Below, in pieces: positions 7,806 to 16,785 of a DNA stretch of 28,346 nucleotides (the first letter of the stretch is position 1; the number at the start of each line of letters is the position of its first letter). A program made the translations under genes and the position numbers. The notes beneath the pieces were generated by a model. It searched no databases, was not told the origin of the DNA, and was given only the letters and a program-made list of their open reading frames with translations. Source of the DNA: Calditrichia bacterium (GTDB lineage Bacteria; Calditrichota; Calditrichia; RBG-13-44-9; J075); assembly GCA_050633245.1 (NCBI GenBank), contig JBOEGD010000013.1, positions 1 to 28,346 on the forward strand, written 5' to 3'.

Positions 7806-8924
7806 TTAATAGTCCGGGTGATCGGAATACCCTCCAGATTTACGCGGAAGCGGCTCGGGATGTGTATCTAAGAAGCTGCGAATTACGGGTATCAAGCGAC
7901 CAACGCCTTCGGCTAGCGGCTGAACGACCGGAATACCGAGTTTTCCTTCGAGTTCTTTCTGATAACGATTAATTTCATCAGCGGACATGCCTTCTGCATT
8001 CAGCGTGATACCCAGCGTTTCAGATCCAAATATGCGAATCAATTCAATTTCGCTTTCAACACTCGGTAACTTGCCAGCCGGATACTCTGCCCCATCAAAG
8101 TACGGTCGTCCGGGAACGTGCTGTAAAATGGCGCCGCGTGCTGCACCGGAGATTAGAAACTCGCTGCCACATGGTCCGCTCGGATTACGAAGAGCAGACT
8201 GCCCCTCCAGAAAGATGACATCAGGTTTTAGATCGTTGTCGCACTGCACAATTGCATGTTCGACTTCACCACTGATAAAATCGTTTACCAGAGAGTCAAA
8301 GATAAATCCATACGGATAGCCTTCCATCCAGCCGGTTTGCCCCGTATAAATCATCTCCGCTTTAATCTGATGATCGCGGCACGCGTCCATAACAATACGA
8401 GATGTTGTGCGTTTACCAATTGCGCAATCCATGCCGATCACCGCAATACGCGGCGCGTTGACCGAGTATATTTCACCTGTCCAAAAGTGCAGATCGCCAT
8501 GTGGGGGCGGCTTACGCACATCGATAAGTTGGACATTGTGTTCTTTTGCGAGTTGAACAAATTCAACATCTTCGCTTAAAAAAGTGTGCAATCCGCAAAC
8601 AATTGACATTCCGGCACGAATGGCCTCAAAGAGTTCTCCGCGCATTTTTTCGGGCAATTTTCCACCGTGAATAGCAACACCAACGATACAATAGTCCGGT
8701 ACTTGTTCGAGCGCGTTAAGCGACTCTCTTACCGTGCCATACATTGGCACATTAGCAGCTTCTTTAATACCGGTTACATCAACAATATCCTGTCCGGCAA
8801 ACTTCGGATCTACAACTGCCGATATTTCAAAGCGGTCCGAGCCTCGCAATAAACCATGGCAGGTTTTAGCATGAACCAGATCTAACCAGCCATTGGTAAG
8901 CGCAATTGCTTTTCCCTTAATCAT
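7806..8924 (-). CDS. DUF1611 family protein (DgcN-like D-amino acid N-acetyltransferase)
   Basis: KT.HGLLR, GLHTFLS.D, LIDVRKP, GMDCAIGKRTT, TGQTG, DFISGEVE, EGQSAL motifs; directly downstream of an enolase-family epimerase as in dgcA/dgcN loci; AGGAG SD. Confidence 0.8.
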   Translation of the reverse strand: MIKGKAIALTNGWLDLVHAKTCHGLLRGSDRFEISAVVDPKFAGQDIVDVTGIKEAANVPMYGTVRESLNALEQVPDYCIVGVAIHGGKLPEKMRGELFEAIRAGMSIVCGLHTFLSEDVEFVQLAKEHNVQLIDVRKPPPHGDLHFWTGEIYSVNAPRIAVIGMDCAIGKRTTSRIVMDACRDHQIKAEMIYTGQTGWMEGYPYGFIFDSLVNDFISGEVEHAIVQCDNDLKPDVIFLEGQSALRNPSGPCGSEFLISGAARGAILQHVPGRPYFDGAEYPAGKLPSVESEIELIRIFGSETLGITLNAEGMSADEINRYQKELEGKLGIPVVQPLAEGVGRLIPVIRSFLDTHPEPLPRKSGGYSDHPDY

Positions 8925-8951
8925 TTCTATCTCCTAAAAACCAGTCTGAAT

Positions 8952-10031
8952 TTATATTACAGTTACGCCTAAACCAGGTAGATCACGGGTACTTAAATAA
9001 CCATCTTCCAATACAAAGCCGCCTTTAACCAAGTCACGTGCTAAATCGAGGCTGCCATCGAGATCGAGATAGCGCGTAGCAGGACTTGCCAATGCAGCGT
9101 GCAGTGCAGCAGTTATGCTGACGATACTTTCATCCATACAGCCCCACATCAAATCGATGCCGGCCAGATGTGCAATGTCAGCTATCTGCCTTCCGGGCCC
9201 GACACCACCACATTTCATCAGCTTAATATTGTAAATACCGAATGGTTGTGGATTCGATGCAAGCTTAAGCGCATCCGTCGGTCGCTGTATACTCTCGTCG
9301 GCAGCACATACCAGACGAACAGCCTCAGAGGCATTAAGCATTTCAAGTGGGGCTTCTTTTTTCACCGGCTGCTCAATCAATTCAACTCGTAGTTTGGATG
9401 TCCGTTTGGCAAATTCTTCCAGCTGAGAGGCGCTATATCCCTGATTTGCATCAACGCGTATTTCCATGCGGTCTGCCACGGCTTCGCGCAAACGATGCAT
9501 CATTTCAACGTCTTTATCGAGATCTTTACCAATTTTTAGCTTCAATATTTTAAAACCACGTCCCAGGTATTCCTGTGCCTCTTCAATCGATTCCTCTATC
9601 GACTTTATTCCAATGGTAATTGATGTTGGAATACGATGGTGTGCTCGTCCGAGCATTTCAACCAAGGGAAGGTTATAGAATTTGGATAGGGCATCATAAA
9701 GCGCGATATCGGCAGCGGCTTGCGCGGCGGGTGTGGCGGGAAGTTTTTCCTCGAGTTCACGACCAAGCGCCATTATTCCTCGCAGGTCTTTTCCCAAAAG
9801 CAACTCTTCAATCTTTTCTGACGCTGCGATACAGTCGGCATTATCTTCACCTGTCACGTAGGGCGCAGGCGATCCGGCACCAATTCCGGTAACGCCATTC
9901 GCAGTTTCAATTTTTACGAAAACGTTCTCTACAGATTCGACAGTTTTGTATGCAATCGTATACGGGCGAGTTAATTCCAGATGTTCAACTTGAACAGACA
10001 CTTTTGTAATTGTAGAGTTCGAACGACTCAC
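8952..10031 (-). CDS. Dipeptide epimerase (enolase superfamily), resembling the cationic L-Lys-D/L-Arg epimerase subgroup
   Basis: KLK, DANQ, EQP, DES, NIKLMKCGG, DLDG; LTRPYTIAY and LMWGCMDES segments match my recollection of the Methylococcus capsulatus Lys-Arg epimerase; GTG start with AAGGAG SD. Confidence 0.85.
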   Translation of the reverse strand: MSRSNSTITKVSVQVEHLELTRPYTIAYKTVESVENVFVKIETANGVTGIGAGSPAPYVTGEDNADCIAASEKIEELLLGKDLRGIMALGRELEEKLPATPAAQAAADIALYDALSKFYNLPLVEMLGRAHHRIPTSITIGIKSIEESIEEAQEYLGRGFKILKLKIGKDLDKDVEMMHRLREAVADRMEIRVDANQGYSASQLEEFAKRTSKLRVELIEQPVKKEAPLEMLNASEAVRLVCAADESIQRPTDALKLASNPQPFGIYNIKLMKCGGVGPGRQIADIAHLAGIDLMWGCMDESIVSITAALHAALASPATRYLDLDGSLDLARDLVKGGFVLEDGYLSTRDLPGLGVTVI

Positions 10032-10095
10032 GGTTATCTCCTTTTTCCATGACGAGCGTTGAGAAGTAGAATATGCGCACCCGGTTCATTTTGCG

Positions 10096-11022
10096 TTAAG
10101 TTGTCGGACTTTTTATTTCAATGGCAGCCCGTACAAATCCATTATTTCTTTTAAGACGATTCTTGGCCTCATCCACATCTATTTCAGCGAGAATCATTAC
10201 CAGAGCTGTTTTCACATGTCCACCGGCTTTTTCAAGAACGGCGCGCGCATGTTCGTAATCAACACCGGTAACCATCATTACGGTGCGCTTCGAGCGTTCT
10301 TCGAGCTTCTTTGATGTCATCATTAAATCGACCATCATATTACCATACACCTTACCCATACGAATCATCGAAGCGGTGGTCAGCATATTTAGCACGAGTT
10401 TCGTTGCGGTTCCTGCCTTCATACGTGTCGACCCCATTACAACTTCCGGCCCAACCACGGTACAAATGGCGACATCCACATCAAGCGTGATTTTTTCACG
10501 GGGATTACAGGTAATAAAAACCGTTTTCGCTCCACAATTCTGTGCCTGTTTAATGGCTCCGTGCACATAGGGTGTGCGAAAACTTGCAGCAATACCACAG
10601 GCCACATCCTTCGATGTAAAACCGCGATCCATTAAATCCTTTGCCCCCTGCTCTTCCTGATCTTCACTGCCTTCCTGCGATTTCACGAGCGCAATTTCTC
10701 CTCCGGCAATAATTCCCTGCACCATATCCGCCGGGGTACCAAAGGTGGGTGGACATTCACTGGCATCCAGCACGCCTAACCTGCCGCTGGTTCCCGCTCC
10801 GATATAGAACAACCTGCCACCATTTTCAAATGCTTCTACTAAAAGATCAACCGCAGCGGCAATCTGTTCCAGTTCTCCCTCAACAACGCTGGGAATCGTC
10901 TTATCTTCAGCATTAATAATTCGAACGATTTCCATGCTGCTCTTGGAGTCGATACGCTCCGAAGCCGGGTTTCTTGCCTCCGTCACCAGATCTTTAATCT
11001 CGTTAAATACCTTATTGCTCAT
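10096..11022 (-). CDS. murQ: N-acetylmuramic acid 6-phosphate etherase
   Basis: TEARN, GAGTSGRLGVLDASECPPTFG, GPEVVMGSTRMKAGTATKLVLNMLTT, GKVYGNMMVD; start set at ATG 11022 (MSNKVF) rather than 11079. Confidence 0.96.
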   Translation of the reverse strand: MSNKVFNEIKDLVTEARNPASERIDSKSSMEIVRIINAEDKTIPSVVEGELEQIAAAVDLLVEAFENGGRLFYIGAGTSGRLGVLDASECPPTFGTPADMVQGIIAGGEIALVKSQEGSEDQEEQGAKDLMDRGFTSKDVACGIAASFRTPYVHGAIKQAQNCGAKTVFITCNPREKITLDVDVAICTVVGPEVVMGSTRMKAGTATKLVLNMLTTASMIRMGKVYGNMMVDLMMTSKKLEERSKRTVMMVTGVDYEHARAVLEKAGGHVKTALVMILAEIDVDEAKNRLKRNNGFVRAAIEIKSPTT

Positions 11023-11127
11023 TTGTACCCCATACTCATACAGCTCAGTTAAAAGAATTTCATGTCTCTTTTTTTGCAAGCGATCTCTTTGGTCGCTACA
11101 TCACAGCAAACTACCGAAACAACTTTT

Positions 11128-13464
11128 TTAGCGATCTTCTGTACTCTGACGTAGAGTTCGCGAATGTTGATAAAGCTCTTCAAGCGATAGACACTTTAGA
11201 TAAACCATTCCACGAGTTGCTCGCATCAGAGCAGATGCGTGCTCATTAAAGAATTCTCGCCCCAAACAGGTTTTCAGCATTTGATACTGCTCGACCTGAA
11301 TTCGTTGGGCGAGCTCTGAAAATGGACCATCATGCTCATAACTTGGGAATGAGGCATCTCTTTGTGAAATAAAGGCATTTATAAACGACACGTCTTGAAG
11401 TGCAAACATATTCAGCGATACCGGCACAAACATGCTTGCTTCAGATGGGTGATAGCGGTACCAAACATTGCGATAACCCAAGACTTCAATATCCGATCGC
11501 CCGGTTTCCTTTTCATACAGTTTTAACGCCTCTGTCATGGCTTGAAGCACCTTGTAATGGGTATCTGGACCGCTGGCCTCCGGGTCTAGTGCTAAACTGA
11601 CGACGTCCGGCTTCACCTGTCTGAGTACGTTAAGAATCGGCAGCACATCCCGTTCTATTGTAGGGTCTTCGGTGAAAATGTCCCCCTTGTAAAATCCCAA
11701 ACGCAAATGATGAATATGGCTGGAGTTCCATCCAAAATATCCCCACAGGGTATCGGCCTCCCACTCACGGCACATTCCTTTTAATCGCTGAACATCTTCA
11801 ACATCCTTCTTGCCGGGATATTGCTCTTTAAAATAGGCAATTAACTCACGCGTTTTTGCACGAACTTCTTCCAGATCCCGCAGATCGTAGAGAAACAAGA
11901 TATTGCGAATAAGACGTCTAAGCCGTCCTTCATCTTTCATAGTCCGCGAATGAGCGGCTACACCATCTAAATATTGCCAAACATCGCGGTTTCGTCCACT
12001 TTCATTACCTTCTGCAAAATAACCCTCTTTAAACAGTTGGTCGAACGAACCGCGGTCCAAACCAGAACGCAGTCGCTTTAACAAATCGGTAATAAAGTCG
12101 TTAGTAACCGCCGTAAAGCCGCTGGTAAGGGTCGCAAAGTGGTGTTCATTTCCGTGCTCACGAATATGTCTTACTAAATGCGGCAGATATCCAAGCATTA
12201 CGTCATCATGATGTGGTTCGGTGTGCAAATATACTTTATTCTTTTCTACAGACATACCGCGATCAATTCGCTCTTCAAGGCGTTTCCGAGTAGAGGATAA
12301 TAGTTCTCTGTAACTCTCGGACTTTTTATTGAGCAAAAGCTTTCCAAAACGATCGTCTTCTATTTCGCGACGCGTGAGGATATCTAGCTTTTTTCCCTCC
12401 TTCAGAGAGATATCGACCAGTATTTTTTCTGCCAGTTCGGCATCCACGTTTTCCATGCTCTCGATATCTACAAGGCGACGTTCTGCAAGATATTTTGCAG
12501 CTCCATGCGTAATGTAAAAGCGGGCATTAGACAGCTTTTGAAGAGCAGAGGCGGGATACTGAATATGCGGCTCTTGCTGAATAGCAGAAGCGACGATACC
12601 GGCTTTTGCCTCTCCGGCAGCAATAATTAACGCCACGCAATCGCGATTATGGGTAATCGTTTCGAGTCCGATAGTGATTACCAATCGTTTTTGTGCAACT
12701 TCAATTCCACCTAAATCTGAAGCTGAAGCGGCTTGCGTCTCATAATTAGTTGGTGTCAATCTTGTAGTAGAATATAAATCGGACCCTCTGATATTGAATC
12801 CAATATGCCCATCCGGGCCAATGCCACCCAGAAAAAAACCGATACCGCCAAGCTGTCGGATCCGATCTTCATATTCAACGCACCACTGATCAAGATTTTG
12901 CAGAACGCTCTTTTGCAATCGTTCCTGGCGGTTTATCGGCTGACGGTAACGCAGGGAAAGATCTACTGCTTTATCGTTCCAGACATCATAAAGAGTTTTA
13001 CTTTTAGGAACACCTACGCGCGAGGTATCAATTAACAGCGCACGTTTACGAGAGAGGCCAAAAGAATCGATATAATAGGAGCTGACGTAATGATAAAAAC
13101 TGTTGTGCTGCTTGGGATTAATCGGATAGAAGTCATCAATCTGTACGAACTGCAGCTTGCTGAGATCCGGTTTGCGAGAAATCGGTAAACCTTCTGCCTC
13201 GACTTCCGCTAAAACGCTCTTTTCAGACCACCCGTTTAAAATGCGCTTTACTTCCTTTATGAAAAACTCAGGTGTCTTGCCAGTTGGCAGCGAAATAACG
13301 CCTTCCGGGTTTTTCAAGGACCATTCCAAAAAGCGAAGCGCGGCTAATTTCCCTAAATGTGGGAAATTGCGAACTTCTATGACTCCTATTTTCTCGGAAG
13401 GAGAATATTTAAGTTGATACCCACTGGTTTCCAGCGCGTGTTTTTCTACGGATGAGGGCGTCAT
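11128..13464 (-). CDS. nagB: Glucosamine-6-phosphate deaminase domain fused to a C-terminal PIG-L/LmbE deacetylase domain
   Basis: N-terminal SLPTGKTP, IDDFYP, GGIGPDGHIGFN, ITIGL, GEAKA; C-terminal EPHHDD...DTH metal motif and YRNVW; next to murQ. Confidence 0.85.
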   Translation of the reverse strand: MTPSSVEKHALETSGYQLKYSPSEKIGVIEVRNFPHLGKLAALRFLEWSLKNPEGVISLPTGKTPEFFIKEVKRILNGWSEKSVLAEVEAEGLPISRKPDLSKLQFVQIDDFYPINPKQHNSFYHYVSSYYIDSFGLSRKRALLIDTSRVGVPKSKTLYDVWNDKAVDLSLRYRQPINRQERLQKSVLQNLDQWCVEYEDRIRQLGGIGFFLGGIGPDGHIGFNIRGSDLYSTTRLTPTNYETQAASASDLGGIEVAQKRLVITIGLETITHNRDCVALIIAAGEAKAGIVASAIQQEPHIQYPASALQKLSNARFYITHGAAKYLAERRLVDIESMENVDAELAEKILVDISLKEGKKLDILTRREIEDDRFGKLLLNKKSESYRELLSSTRKRLEERIDRGMSVEKNKVYLHTEPHHDDVMLGYLPHLVRHIREHGNEHHFATLTSGFTAVTNDFITDLLKRLRSGLDRGSFDQLFKEGYFAEGNESGRNRDVWQYLDGVAAHSRTMKDEGRLRRLIRNILFLYDLRDLEEVRAKTRELIAYFKEQYPGKKDVEDVQRLKGMCREWEADTLWGYFGWNSSHIHHLRLGFYKGDIFTEDPTIERDVLPILNVLRQVKPDVVSLALDPEASGPDTHYKVLQAMTEALKLYEKETGRSDIEVLGYRNVWYRYHPSEASMFVPVSLNMFALQDVSFINAFISQRDASFPSYEHDGPFSELAQRIQVEQYQMLKTCLGREFFNEHASALMRATRGMVYLKCLSLEELYQHSRTLRQSTEDR

Positions 13465-13503
13465 ATGATTTATTTTTTACCAATATTAATAATGCGTCAG
13501 TAA

Positions 13504-15285
13504 TTAACCTTTTAAATTTGCATATCCGCGCCGACGTAAATCCCACATGATAAATGAGAAGCAGGCAATGCCCACAGCAATAAGACCGAGGCCAAGCATG
13601 GTCTCACCAAGAATAAATTTTCCAACACCAAAGAGTATCGAATAAATCATCGCTATGCCGGCAAGCCAATCGAGTAAATCGCGACCAAGACCAGTATCCG
13701 TTTTTACCTCAGGTGCCTTTGCGGCAATCGGCTGCCACATGCTTCCACCCGGACGAACCTTACGATAAAAATGGAGCAGCGTCTCATCTGTTTCTGGTTC
13801 AGTTAGGAAGGTAACGGCAAGCCAGACCACCGTACTTACCCCAACAGTTATCAGCATAACCTGGGCAAATACGGCAGAATCGGTCGTATCCCATCCAAGT
13901 CCTATTTGCAGCGTCAACGCTACCACAAATGAAGTGAGCATGGCAGAAATTTCAGACCACGCATTAATACGCCACCAAAACCAGCGCAAAATATAAACCG
14001 CTCCGGTGCCGGCGCCTAACGCCAACAAAAATTTCCAGGCATTTGCAATGCTATCCATCTGAGATGTGACCAAAATGCTCGCGCATGCCAAAAACACCGT
14101 GGCAATCCGTGCAACCAGCACATAGTGTTTTGCCGGTGCATCGGGTTTTACAAAACGTTTATAGACATCATTTACAAGATAAGAACTTCCCCAGTTTAGC
14201 TGGGTTGAAATCGTAGACATAAAGGCGGCGGCAAAGGAGGCAAGTAACAATCCCTTGAAGCCGGTAGGAAGGTGTTCCAGCAAGACCAGAATATATCCCG
14301 TTTGCTTGTCTTCGACCTCGGGATAAAGCACCAGGCTAACAAGCGCCACCAAAATCCAGGGCCATGGGCGTAAAGCATAGTGCGCTATATTAAACCACAG
14401 TGTTGCAAGCAAGGAGTGTTTTTCATCTTTGGTAGCAAACATACGCTGGGCGATATATCCACCGCCTCCAGGTTCTGCACCGGGATACCATGCTGCCCAC
14501 CAGTTCATTGCCAGATAGACCAAAAATGCAGAGAGCGGCATCCAGAGCACGCCGGAAACCCCACCCCCTTCAGGCCCTTCGCCAATCCGCGGTAGAAAAT
14601 CCAAAACGGTATGATCACTACCATATGCAGCAACAAGCGATTCCTTAAGTCCATCGATACCCCCAACGGCATTGACGGCAAAAAAGGCCAGTGCAATAGA
14701 TCCGATAATAGCAATAAAGAACTGCAGGAAGTCCGTCATTACAACGCCCCACAACCCACTACTAATACTGTAGATCAGGGTAACGGTCAAACAGATTCCC
14801 AGCGCAACGTATTTATCGACGCCCACGGTTAGCTCAACAATTTTCATCATTGCCAGCGTTACCCATCCCATAACAATCAGGTTAATGGGAATCGCAAGAT
14901 AAATCGCGCGGAATCCACGTAGCAGTGCCGCTGCCTGTCCGGAATACCGTAGTTCGGTAAATTCTGCATCAGTTACTACTTCGGCGCGACGCCAAAGCCG
15001 GGCAAACATAAAAACAGTAAGCAAACCGCTCATAACCATATTCCACCACAGCCAGTTTCCTGCAATACCATGCTGAGCGACCAGTTCGGTAACAGCAAGT
15101 GGCGTGTCTGCAGCAAATGTGGTTGCCACCATACTGGTTCCGGCCAACCACCAGGGCAAGCGACGGCCGGATGTAAAATAGTCCGTAAGGCTTCCCCCGG
15201 CGCAGCGGGAGAAGTATAAACCTATGCCAAGGGCAAAAACGAAATAAAGGCCAACCAGTGTCCAGTCGAGTGCGCTAACCTGCAT
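13504..15285 (-). CDS. Sodium:solute symporter (SSS family)
   Basis: DYFTSGRRLPWW.AGTSMVAT, VVMTDFLQF, AQRMF, AAFMSTISTQLN; many TM segments; start at ATG 15285 with GGAG SD, overlapping the upstream symporter's 3' end. Confidence 0.92.
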   Translation of the reverse strand: MQVSALDWTLVGLYFVFALGIGLYFSRCAGGSLTDYFTSGRRLPWWLAGTSMVATTFAADTPLAVTELVAQHGIAGNWLWWNMVMSGLLTVFMFARLWRRAEVVTDAEFTELRYSGQAAALLRGFRAIYLAIPINLIVMGWVTLAMMKIVELTVGVDKYVALGICLTVTLIYSISSGLWGVVMTDFLQFFIAIIGSIALAFFAVNAVGGIDGLKESLVAAYGSDHTVLDFLPRIGEGPEGGGVSGVLWMPLSAFLVYLAMNWWAAWYPGAEPGGGGYIAQRMFATKDEKHSLLATLWFNIAHYALRPWPWILVALVSLVLYPEVEDKQTGYILVLLEHLPTGFKGLLLASFAAAFMSTISTQLNWGSSYLVNDVYKRFVKPDAPAKHYVLVARIATVFLACASILVTSQMDSIANAWKFLLALGAGTGAVYILRWFWWRINAWSEISAMLTSFVVALTLQIGLGWDTTDSAVFAQVMLITVGVSTVVWLAVTFLTEPETDETLLHFYRKVRPGGSMWQPIAAKAPEVKTDTGLGRDLLDWLAGIAMIYSILFGVGKFILGETMLGLGLIAVGIACFSFIMWDLRRRGYANLKG

Positions 15286-16771
15286 TATTTTCTCCAATTT
15301 TCGACATCAAGCTACCAATAAGTATTGCAGCCAGACTACCAACAACCGTATAAAGCGGCCAGGCTATTTTGACTGTTTGAATAACAATCGCCATCATAAG
15401 AAGGGCAGCAAAAAATGCGATGATCGCATCGCGTTGTGTTGCCTTTTTATTCAACATACCCAAAAGAAATACACCTAACAGACCACCATAGGTATAGGAT
15501 GCAATTCCCAGGGCCACTTCAACAACAGTTCCCTCCAGGCCAATAAAAATCAATGCGACCCCAACCAGCACAATTCCCCAAACGAGCGTTACAACCCGAG
15601 AGGTTTTTAACAACTCTGCTTCCGATTTGTCTTTACCAAACAGAGGAACGTATATGTCGAGCATTACTGAACTGGATAAGCTGGACAGGCTGCTTGATAG
15701 CGTGCTCATGGCGGCAGCAAAAAGTGCGGCCACCAGCAACCCACTTATGCCAACCGGCATTTCTTCAACAATGTATTTTGGAAAGATACCGTCGGAGCGC
15801 GTTAGCCCCAGATCGGCAATGGCAGCGCCTTTGTAAAAGGCAAACAACATAACGCCGACAAACAAGAAGAGTAAGAATTGAAGAAAAACAGCGATTCCGC
15901 TAAAAGCTATCGCCTTTTGTGCAGACTTCATATCCGGGCAGGTCAAGACGCGCTGCACAATAATCTGATCTGTACCGTGTGAAGCGAGGCTAAAAATAGC
16001 TCCCGCAATTACAGCGGTTAAAAAGGTATAAGGTTTTTGAATAAACTCGGCCCAACTTAACTCGAATCCGCTATAGAACCAGGCGGTCTTATCGGTGGGG
16101 TCTGCCCATTCATATACTGTCGCCATACCATTTGGTAGTTTATCGAGCATCAGGTAAACCGCCAGCAGGGCACCACCAATATAGACAGCCATCTGAACAA
16201 CATCCATCCAGATAACCGAGCGAATGCCACCGAAATAGGTATAAATAATTGTCATAACCCCAATCGCTAAAATCGACCAGGCATAAATCTCTACATTCGA
16301 GAATCCGGCAAAGTATCCACTGCTCTTGAGAATGATAGCCAGAGGGACAGCTGTAGCAAAAAGACGAACGCCATCTGCCAATAGCCGCGTTACCATAAAG
16401 GTTAAACTTGCCACCGTTCGCATTCTGTTCCCAAAGCGCTTGCCGAGGAAGTGATACGCGGTTTCCATCTCACCGCGATAGTAGGCGGGAATAAAGATAG
16501 CTGCAACAAGCACTCGGCCAATCATATAGCCGATAACGATCTGCAAAAAAGTCATATTCCCGCCATAAGCAACGGCGGGAATTCCAATAAACGTGAGTAC
16601 ACTGGTCTCTGTTGCAACAATGCTAAACGTAACCGCATACCAGGGAATGCTTCTGCCACCTAAAAAGTAATCTGTCGTGTTCTTTTGATTGCGGCCAATC
16701 CACGCACCTGCTCCAGCTGAAAGCGCCATGTAGACAATCACAATCGCAATATCAATACCGGTAAATCCCAT
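15275..16771 (-). CDS. Sodium:solute symporter (SSS family, NIS/SiaT-like group)
   Basis: DYFLGGRSIPW, ATETS.LTF, GGIRSVIWMDVVQ, GTDQ..VQR, AAAMSTLSSSL. Confidence 0.92.
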   Translation of the reverse strand: MGFTGIDIAIVIVYMALSAGAGAWIGRNQKNTTDYFLGGRSIPWYAVTFSIVATETSVLTFIGIPAVAYGGNMTFLQIVIGYMIGRVLVAAIFIPAYYRGEMETAYHFLGKRFGNRMRTVASLTFMVTRLLADGVRLFATAVPLAIILKSSGYFAGFSNVEIYAWSILAIGVMTIIYTYFGGIRSVIWMDVVQMAVYIGGALLAVYLMLDKLPNGMATVYEWADPTDKTAWFYSGFELSWAEFIQKPYTFLTAVIAGAIFSLASHGTDQIIVQRVLTCPDMKSAQKAIAFSGIAVFLQFLLFLFVGVMLFAFYKGAAIADLGLTRSDGIFPKYIVEEMPVGISGLLVAALFAAAMSTLSSSLSSLSSSVMLDIYVPLFGKDKSEAELLKTSRVVTLVWGIVLVGVALIFIGLEGTVVEVALGIASYTYGGLLGVFLLGMLNKKATQRDAIIAFFAALLMMAIVIQTVKIAWPLYTVVGSLAAILIGSLMSKIGENNAG

Positions 16772-16785
16772 AAAATCCGCCCAGT

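Noticed and set aside
8952-10031. Naming this gene dgcA or a second ykfB
   Set aside because: Specificity-loop residues (TIAYK, GCMDES) differ from the Glu-binding type, so the substrate is uncertain and the symbol is withheld
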